Made by a program: the position numbers and the translations under genes. The notes under the pieces were generated by a model that was given only the letters and a program-made list of their open reading frames with translations, had not been told where the DNA came from and did no database searches. DNA of 62,246 nucleotides, the filler included, from Kipferlia bialata (taxonomy: Eukaryota): the NCBI GenBank assembly GCA_003568945.1. It is 8 parts of 7 records of this genome, joined end to end, with 100 filler letters (N's around TTAATTAATTAA, not from the genome) between each part and the next. Parts side by side here need not be neighbours in the genome. Positions count along the whole stretch, not along the records: positions 52,073 to 58,150 come from BDIP01001125.1; positions 58,251 to 62,246 come from BDIP01001156.1; 6 more parts are not named here. The stretch is one strand, 5' to 3'. Shown piece after piece: positions 52,786 to 62,246 of the stretch (positions within the stretch are counted from its first letter, which is position 1; each line of letters opens with the position of its first letter).

Positions 52786-54878
52786 TCACTCACTCACTCT
52801 CTGACTCTCTCTGACTCTCTCTCTTCCCCTTCCTCCTGCCTGACCCCCAGCAGCAAGAACCCCGCTGTCCGCATTGAGACCATGGGTCTCCTTGCTAGGC
52901 TCTGGGCAGGTGCAGAGGCCATAGGGGAGCAGTGGGTGGGGTACAAGCCCCTCACCCCTGTGTACATGAGGAGACTGGTGACTGGGGGTGCCCTGTCAGA
53001 GGTCACAAAGCCCAAGCTAGTGGCTAGGATTGTGGTACGTCTCTCTCTCTCTCTCTCTCCAGGTTTCCCATCACTCTTCCTTTGTATTAACTATATTAGT
53101 ATTTATATATTCTATATATATTAATATATTTTCCCCTAACCCCAGTCCGACCTGTCTGCCCAGGCCGCAGATGCCGCTGAGATCATCCGGACAGCTGCCA
53201 TCCAGTGCATCACCAGCCTAGGCATGACAGGACACGTACCAGATGAGCAGCTGCTAGAAGGATTGGACAAGAGGATCAGGGCCAAGGTGGAGGCCGCCCT
53301 AGCCAAGAGAGAGAGGGCAGACCAGGGGGGGGAGGCCCCTGAGGCCAAGGAGGCCAAGGATACCAAGGGAGAGAAGGAGGAGAGAGAGAGAGCCAAGCCC
53401 AAGGGCAGGCCCAGGGCCACCTCGATTGGGGGCAGGAGTAAGGCACCCGAGAGGGAGGCAGCGGCCGAGGAGGAGGACCCTTATGGGAGGCCCGACGTCT
53501 CTGACAAGCTCGGCTTGGAGTCCCCAGTCATTGTGAAGCTGGCGGTACGGCTGATTCGCACTGTCTCTCTCTCCCTTACCTCACCTTACACTACTGATCT
53601 TTGCCTTACCCCAGCACCCAGACTGGCATATGCGCCTGGAGGCCATCAAGGAAGTGCAGGCTCTGTTTGCCCAGCACAACTACTCAGTCCAGCCCAGACT
53701 GGGGGAGCTGCCTGGGGTGCTGGTCAACCGCTACAAGGTGCCAAGTGATATCTGGTATTAGTGCATATATATATGTATATGAATAGCACTTATGATACTG
53801 ACCCCAGGCTGAGAAGAACGCCAAGCTGGCCCCCCCTCTGATGGCCATGACAGCTGATGCGCTCAGGTCCCTGAGGCCAGTCGAGAGGTATGGGTGTGCA
53901 TATCACTCAATATATTGTGTCTATATAGTTGTGTTGTGTATATGCCTCTACCCATCAGGACCCGCTATGTGCAGATCCTGGCCATGCCCGTGATCCAGGG
54001 CCTGGCAGACTCCAAGGCAGGGTACCTGAACACAGTGGAGAGGGTGCTGACACTGCTGACGGGCAGTGAGGAGGACATGGGTGCGTATTATTGTATACAT
54101 TATATATTATATGTATCTATATATATGTGAGTACTGCTGACGGGGAGTGAGGAGGACATGGGTATGTATATGTATGTGTAGGTATAGCGTCATTGCATAT
54201 CGGTGATGTCATACTACTGTATAGCTCTCACCGTCAGGCAATGTCCTGCTAGATGGTGCCGTCCAGTCAGGCCACAGGAACCTCTTCCACATCATAGCCA
54301 GCGGCCTCAGCGCCAAGAAGTCTCGGTACGCATACACATATATACATACACCCCCCTGTCCTTACCCTAACTGTCTGTGTGCACAAATATTATACATATA
54401 TGCATATACTACCATTCACATATACTACCTGTGCTCCTTACCCTCAGTGTGCACACCAAGGCCCAGTACACACATGTTTTCAAGAAGTCATATTGATGAT
54501 AACACATAGTCTATACACCCATACGTTTTTACCACCCTGTCCTTATATTAACTCTCAGTGTGCACACCAAGGCCCAGTGCTACCTCCTCTCCTGGATAGC
54601 AGGCCAGTTTGTGCAGTACAAGGACGAGGAGACACCCAGGCCTGACCACAAGAGGATAGAGCTCATGCGTTCCCTCATCGAACCAGTCATGCAGTGCGTA
54701 TAGTGTATATATATGCCCCCTACTCCTCCTCTCTCGCCCGTCCCCTCTCTAACCCAGCCACCTGAACGATCCCAACCCCGGACCCAGGCGTGATGCAGAG
54801 TCACTGCTGGCCTCCATCATACACGTGGACCCCACCCATTCTGTCAAGAGGGTCAAGGAGTACGTCTCTCTCTCTCTC

Positions 54879-54917
<39 letters not shown>

Positions 54918-57900
54918 TCTACCCCCAGGTGCCATGAGAACATGACTAAGGCATCCAGGGACAAGATCCAGCCCTTGGTGAACAGGCTGTGCGAGGCAGA
55001 GAGGCAGAGGGAGAGAGAGAGAGAGAGAGAGAGGCAGGCCGCAGAGGTCAAGAGGGAGCCCGAGAGCACTGCGGAGGCTGAGAGGTATGCTAGTGGTGGG
55101 ATATCGACTGTGGTTAGTCCTATCCCTGCTGGTAGGGTAGGGCCCAGTGTAGTACGTAAGCTTAGTAAGCCTAATAGTCGTATAGGGAGGCCTGTGACAG
55201 GGTCTAGAGTGGGTAGCAGGAGTGGTGTGAGGGTGGGGAGACCCCGGCTGGCCGCAACGACTAGGGCTGAGAGAGAGAAGAGAGAGGCAGAGAGAGAGAA
55301 GAGGGATGCAGAGAGAGCAAGGCCTCGCAAGCCAAGAGTTACTGGATACTGAGTGTATAGCTGTACCAATGAATTGACTGTCTCATTCATTGGTGCAAGT
55401 GGAGTTGGATAATGGCGTTAGACACACTAACTCCAGAAGAGTACCGTCTTATGCGCTGTTAATACATACATATATGTGTTCTTGTACCTGTCTCTCTGAC
55501 CCTTCAGGAAGCCAGAGCGCAAGTCCCACCCCGGCCGCACCCACAAGCGTAGTGTGAGTGAGGTTGATGTGGCCGAGGAGCTAGAGCGGGAGAGAGAGGC
55601 AGAGGCAGAGGCTGCCAAGCCCAGCAGACTACCCACCAAGGGCAAGGGCCTAGTGAGGAGGGACGCCAGGGGTAGGCCCATCACACAGGGTGAGGAGGTT
55701 GAGGTGGAGACAGAGCCCACGGCATCACACTTTGTGGACCCCTCTAGACACCAGAAGGAGAGGGTTGGGAAGACCCACAGGTCCCCAGTGCGTGGTGTGC
55801 ACCCCAAGGCCAAGGGGAAGGCAGAGAGGGAGAGAGAGAGAGAGAGAGAGGAGGTCGAGCCCCCCGTGGTCACCCCCATCACCCAGCAGCCTGAGGCAGA
55901 GGCAGAGGCAGAGGCTGAGTTTGATGACCACCTTGGCGACCTGCCCCCCACACCCAAGCTGCCTATACCCAGCTACAAGGTATATATTTATATATAGTGT
56001 ATATAGTGTTTAGTGTATATGTATGTAGTACTGATACCAGGTGGAGGACGTGCAGGACAAGGCCGAGGTGGAGAGGGCGGAGAGAAGAGAGGCAGAGCTG
56101 CAGGGTATCAGGACACAGATCGCACAGCTGCCAGCAACCCCGAAGCTAGCACAGCTAGGTACTATACCATTTGAATATGTGTCTCTATATGGTTGTTAGC
56201 TTTGTCAATGTACCTCTCCCCCACCCCGGTCTCTGACCCCTCTCTCCCTCTCTCCCTCTCTCTCATCCCAGACACTCGGTCTCTGACCCACTGCACCGAC
56301 TCACTGGACGCCCTGGTCAACAGACTCATGTCGAACGAGTGCAGGTGGGTACTGGTGTGAATGTTACATACTATATACCCCATACCCCCGTCACCTCCCT
56401 GGACCCACGGATATATATATTCTTACATATATTCTTACCCCCACGACCTGGTACGATGATTCCATGGAGGAGGCCTATTCTCTCTTTCTCTCTCTCTCTC
56501 TCTCCCTTACCCCCAGGACCTGGTACGATGATGCCCTGGAGGAGGCCGATGCCGTCGAGGGCATCATCTCCATCCTCAAGGTGGGTGTGGATAATTACTA
56601 CATTCAATAATATTGTATAAGTATTAATTGTTTCATAGGTGTGGATGTTTAATAGTTATATTAACACTATAATTACTCTATTAATAGTATTGCATTGACA
56701 TCTGATGAAAGCACGTCGTGACAGCCATCAGAGAGAAGCCAGCCCTGCTCAAGGACTCCGACTTCCCCCCTCGCCTCGTCAGCGGGGTGCTGAGGTATAT
56801 ATATGTATATATATGTATATTAATATTCAAATAGTCCTCTGCTATAACTCCTCCCCCTCCCTCCATGCTCTTTCCTTGGGTGTTTTACTCTCTACTATTC
56901 TCCCTCCTCCTCACCCTCTCAGGGCTCTCCGTATCCACACCCCCGTCACGGCTAAGTTCCCAGTGAGACTAGTGCGCTATGGAGCCATAGCCCTGGCAGA
57001 GGTCTTCGAGAGGCCCCAGGCCTGTGGGTTCTTCTCAGCATCAGAGATCAGGTATATAGTGTATATTTGTGACATATATGTATTATATATATATATTGTT
57101 ATAGGCCTCAGAGATCAGGTATGGGATGGATCTATACTATACTGGTTTCACATTATACAATAGTACTATTATAATTGTATGTGTTATAGGTCAAGGCCTC
57201 CGGGTTATTCTCAGCCTCAGAGATCAGGTATATAGTAGTGGATAGGTGTATGTTATAGGTCAAGGAAAGTTGTCTCTGCTCTCCCTCACTGTCAGAATCA
57301 TGCTGTTTGAGGTGTTCTCCCTCATGCACTGGGTGGGCACAAAGCCAGAGGAGCTCAGGTATGGTACAGCATAGTAGTACACTCTGTTTACTACGCTATT
57401 GTATACTTCAGAGTCTGTTGGGTATTAAGCCAGAGGAGCTCAGGTACATAGCACATAGCAGTATACTATGTTCTATATACTAGCTTTATTGTGTGTACCC
57501 GATATACTATGTACTATATGTATTGTACTCATGTATTCTAACCCACTAGCTCTGGTGACTATGGCACCGAGGCCCAGCTGAGGGATGCCATGGGTCTACT
57601 CAACAACATCATCCTGGAGGTAGGGGGTTGTATGATGCATTAGTGTATGGTGTGGATAGTATAGTGCTATATACATGCCTGTATGATGTACTGACCCCAG
57701 ACCACTGACAACTGTGACCCCACAGTATGCTTCGAGGCACTGCAGTCACTGCTGAGGTGGGTGTACAAACACATATGTATAAGAATTCACTAATATATGT
57801 TACATTAAGCTCAATCAATGTATTAATATAAGTACCAGAGTTTGCAGTCCCTCCACAACTCAACCGTCAAGTGCATGTTTGTGATGTGGCAGATAGACTG

Positions 57901-58150
57901 TCTCACCCCAGGAGTGTCAACAGCCAGCTCTTCCTGAACCCCTTCCCCACCCTCCCCGAGGCCTCTGCCCACCCTGCCATGTGCCGCTCTGCTGTGCTCT
58001 GGTACAACCCCAGGTCACTCGCAGACATACAGGTGTGTGTATATGTGTATATATAGAACTTATATATATACCTGATATATATATATATATATATATATAA
58101 GATGCCGCTCTGCTGTGCTCTGGTACAGCCCCAGGTCACTCGCAGACATA
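52188..58150 (+). CDS. CKAP5: XMAP215/ch-TOG/MOR1-family microtubule polymerase, partial at both ends
   Basis: TOG HEAT signatures: LGRLREKK..TV, LRSKNPAVRIET, RPDVSDKL...KLAHPDWHMRLEAIKEV, VQPRLGELPGVLVNR, VIQGLADSK. Confidence 0.78.
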
Positions 58151-58250
58151 NNNNNNNNNNNNNNNNNNNNNNNNNNNNNNNNNNNNNNNNNNNNTTAATT
58201 AATTAANNNNNNNNNNNNNNNNNNNNNNNNNNNNNNNNNNNNNNNNNNNN
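58151..58250. other. Artificial contig linker
   Basis: Same linker. Confidence 0.99.
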
Positions 58251-58451
58251 TTTTGTGGGGGAGAGAGGAAGGGGGGGGGGGGGGGGGGGGGAGGTCCAGT
58301 ACATACAGGAGAGGTGGGATGTATATGAATATGGAGATTATACCTCACCTCCTTCTTTCTCTCTCTCTCTCTCTCTGTCTCTCTGTCTCTTTACCTCTAA
58401 CCCACTAGGGAGGATGAGTCCCAGCGTGTTTGGGGCAGGATTATGTTTGTG

Positions 58452-58497
<46 letters not shown>

Positions 58498-58623
58498 GTA
58501 ATATTCATATCTCCTTCTTACCCTCAGAGAGGACGAGTCCTAGCGTGTGGAGGAGCTGGTCTACTTCCTCTCTCTCTCTCTCTCCCTCCCCTCAGTCCTT
58601 GTTAACCACTACTAACTCTCTAG

Positions 58624-58946
58624 GGAGGATGAGTCTCAGCGTGTTGAGGAGCTGGTCCAGCAGTTGGAGGCAGCACACGAGGCCAATGCAGCCATGTACA
58701 CACAGACACAGGTATGAATAATAGTATATATGTATATATACTGTAATATTTATAGACATTCTACATTAGAAGGGTATATACCTTCATGAGGCCAACGCAG
58801 CCATGTACACCCAGATATGTGGACATATATATATATATATATGACTATAACGTATGTGTTATCATTTGAATAAGATATATATATATGTATCTCATGTACT
58901 ATATATTTAGTCTCACACTCAGGGTGGGAGCCAGTCCCAGGAGTGA
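58624..58946 (+). CDS. Last two exons of an unidentified coiled-coil gene
   Basis: EDESQRVEELVQQLEAAHEANAAMYTQTQ|GGSQSQE*. Confidence 0.6.
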
Positions 58947-59184
58947 ATACAGACTCTCAGAGTCTTGTACTGTACAGAGTGAGTACAGAGTGAGTGAGTG
59001 AGAGGGAGATGCTCTATCTCATGTATCATCTCTCCTCGGTTTTGTGTGTTTCTGAAAGAGTCAATAGATTAACCTTCGTCAGTATTCTCAGGGTACAGTC
59101 TATTGTATAGGCATCAGACCCTCTCTTACCCTATCTGTCCTGATCCTTTCATCTTACTTCGAAGTTCTGGAATCCAAAAGTGCG

Positions 59185-61682
59185 ATGCTCCAAATGATGG
59201 TGTCTCAAATAGAGTCTATTCTACCGTCTCGTCTGGAAGGAGATGGCCTCAATTTTGGAAGAGTAGGGTACACTCTCTCCAGCACCAGTCTCTCACTTTT
59301 AACTGCTACTATTTCACCAGTGTCATTCCAGTTACACTATGAGGCTGCGGGATGTCTTCTCCGAGAAGTGGTGGCGGTCTCTACCTGAGACAGTGGACAC
59401 GTGGAACATGCATGTGAGTGGGCAGTAAAATACTACTAGGCCTAGTAATACACACACTTCCACACAAACCAACCATAGTGGTAGTATACACTCTCCCTAT
59501 GAAGCACATATATACATTGACATATATATATATATATGTCAACATTCTTACCCCGTAGATGTCCGACATGTACCCACTGGCTGTCCTCCTCGGCACATCA
59601 GACCCAGGTGATATAGTATATTATCACCTACTCTATACATTCTAGCACACGTACATGTACCATACGCTTTAGATACCAGGCCCTACTCATTGCATCACCT
59701 GAGTGCCTAACCACCAGACCACCCCCACCCCCTCCCCCCTCTGACTAGGGATAGTGCATTCAGTGTCGGGGATGCGTTGTGCATGGCCAGACTCAGTGCA
59801 GGTGGGTCACCTAGGAGGCTATTGACAGAGGATGGGTCGAGTTTCAGTGAAACTGTTTCACCAACCGGTATTCTACCTGACAATCAGTATACTGGATTAT
59901 CCTCTTCTCTCACGTGTTAGCTGTCTACGAGAGTAACACTGAGAAGCTCCGAGTTGCCTTGCTCTCTCTAGGGTTCAGACACATTGCCTTCTATGACCGG
60001 CATGATGTGAGTATCCCAACAATACAATTACCCACTGACCCGTTTTGGTACCCCTTTCATTGTCTTAGTAATATATATATATCGAGGACTCTGATTCCTA
60101 GGTTCGTGAGTATCCTAGCAACATATATCGATTTCTACTCACACGTTTTGACACCCCTTACATTGTGTTATAGAGAGGCAATGGGGACTCTGACCACCAG
60201 GTTGCCTGTTTCATGTGTAAGCAAGGCGATGTAGTTGTGGGTTGCTTCAGAGGTAGTCAGGTGGGGGTACAAATACAGAGTATTCTACTGTTATACTGTT
60301 TAATTGTGTTCATTGTACAGTACAAGACACATACATACATAGTCACTATGAGATCGTTGTCTAGCGAGTACTTCCCTGGTGCGTCTTGTCTCAAGGTGTG
60401 TACCGCTGACCCCGAGATGTTCTCCTCTCGCAATTGGGCCACAGACCTATGCATGGAATTGGGAGATGGAGGGGAGATAGGTATGTAGCGAATAGCACAG
60501 TATATTATACTGAGTATAGTCTCCAGTCACCCACTTCTTAGTGCTTATCGAGTAGGGACCGTCCACAGAGGCTTCAACAGGGCCCTTGATGAGGTATACG
60601 ATAGGGTGCATGAGTACATCACTACCAATGTGACCACTGGGTGCACTCTCTACCTGACAGGGCACTCGATGGGTGGGGCACTGGCCACACTGACACTGGG
60701 TGGGACAACTTGTCACACCGTGACAAGCTATATAACTGTCTGAACTATCTAGTGACTACTGACACTGGGTGGGACATGCTCATCAAGCGTATATACTATG
60801 ATACACTATCTGTTGGCCCAACAGTTGGGTACTTTTTCCCACTATTAATAGTGTGTCATTATGAGCACTCACCTCAGCCCGTATTACCGACAAGTCAAGC
60901 CGGGTAGTTAACCCTGACAACTGCATTCTCTACACGATTGGGTGTCCACGGTGTGGAGGGGAGGACTTTGCAACAAGACTCTCCAACAATGTAACAGGTA
61001 AGCATATATTGCCAGTGACTATTAGTCATTGTCACTCTGTAACAGAGTCTCTGTTTAATAGTGAATCTATTGTTGTATGTAGGAATATCCTCTCTGATGC
61101 GACAGGCCTTCACAGACTGCAGTATGTCAATGACGTCTTTTGTCGCACACCCATGGAGTCTCAGGTACAAGTGTATGGCTCTTTACTGCAATTATAATTG
61201 GTCGATTACATATGTATGTCTCGCCCTCACATAGCAGGGGTACTGCCACGTCCCCGCCGATGGCACCGTGACATATCTAGACGAGACAGGCATGCACTCA
61301 CAGGTGCCAAGGGGTCTGTTTGCAGACACAATGGTGACTAGGTATATAATATTCAGTAATACTGTCTACAATACTGTATATAATTTATGCATACTGATAT
61401 AATAGTACCCTGTTTGACTTTGTTAGGTGGACGTGGACCCTTGACGACTGGATCCTCTTCAGCGCCACACTCAACGTGACACTCAAGAGCCACAGGTTCA
61501 ACTCCTATGTCACTGCACTGCAACAGGTGTGGGACAAAGGTGAGAGTGAGAGGATGGCGGAGAGGGGGGATAGAGATGCGGTGGTTGGATCAAGAGAGGG
61601 AGAGACCATTCCCGCTCAAGAACATGAGGAAGGGGCAGGGGTTGGAATTGGAGGACTGGAAGAGAATACGGCAGAAGAATAG
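59185..61682 (+). CDS. Class 3 lipase (Lipase_3), multi-exon, start uncertain
   Basis: VVGCFRG, NWATDL, VHRGF, LYLTGHSMGGALA, LYTIGCPRCG..DFA, RLQYVNDVFCRTP..GYCH, SHRFNSY (Ser-Asp-His triad). Confidence 0.9.
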
Positions 61683-61816
61683 TAAATGTAGAAATAATAA
61701 TGTAATGTCAATTCTTGTTTTAGTTTGGTAAATCGACTCGATTTATACACCCAAAAACATTCCTAAGGGTTCATAATTCATCTAGTCTCTACTCTTTTTG
61801 TCACTGGTATTCACTC

Positions 61817-62019
61817 ATGGAACCTGTCACGACGCAAGAGGCCGCTGCCTCCATGTTACCACCTGATGCTAGTGCCAGTGGATCTCCATTACCTACAGGG
61901 GAGGGAGAGGGAGAGGGAGATGGTAGTAGTAGTGTGCAGGGTAAGACTACCAACACCCTGCGCTCCAACCTGACCAGGCAGATACTCTCATGGTGCTCAC
62001 TGGACGTGGGTAACTCTAG
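61817..62019 (+). CDS. First exon of an unidentified gene
   Basis: ATG after an AT-rich spacer, open frame to a donor AG|gtatgg near 62020, then an intron running into poly-C. Confidence 0.6.
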
Positions 62020-62197
62020 GTATGGTACTGAGATAGTGTCAGGTGGTGGTATGCCTTGGATGCATGCTTATGCATGTTCTCCTTTTCTACACTGTGAACC
62101 ACTACTTCTTGTCTCCATGTCATTCAATTCCATCTACACTGCGTATCGATAAGTGAGAATGATCTTATAGTTGTTGACGTTATATGGTGTATATCTG

Positions 62198-62246
<49 letters not shown>

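Overview
Not one continuous locus: eight eukaryotic draft-assembly contigs joined by seven artificial 100-nt linkers (N44-TTAATTAATTAA-N44). The genome is gene-dense and intron-rich. It has short GT-AG introns, a branch point fused to the acceptor (CTNAC-N2-4-YAG), microsatellite and poly-C introns, and a PPi-dependent PFK. These traits suggest an anaerobic metamonad such as Kipferlia bialata (inference, not verified). Genes recognised from spliced translations: a giant coiled-coil protein with a C-terminal MAP65/Ase1/PRC1 domain, PPi-PFK head-to-head with a CBM48 protein, a large AAA+-like protein, two protein kinases, an intron-rich bacterial-type oleate hydratase, a ubiquitin-like protein, RPS20 and RPL44 head-to-head, an EcKL/APH-like kinase, a VMA21-like protein, XMAP215/ch-TOG and a class 3 lipase. 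The most unusual signal is that many introns contain partial copies ('echoes') of the adjacent exon. 5' parts with an acceptor lie upstream and 3' parts with a donor lie downstream. The echoes differ from the intact exon mostly at synonymous positions, and the 5' and 3' echoes often tile the exon with a short overlap. There is also an unassigned GC-rich structured RNA candidate at about 1770-2020. All exon models were made by eye and are unverified by RNA data.
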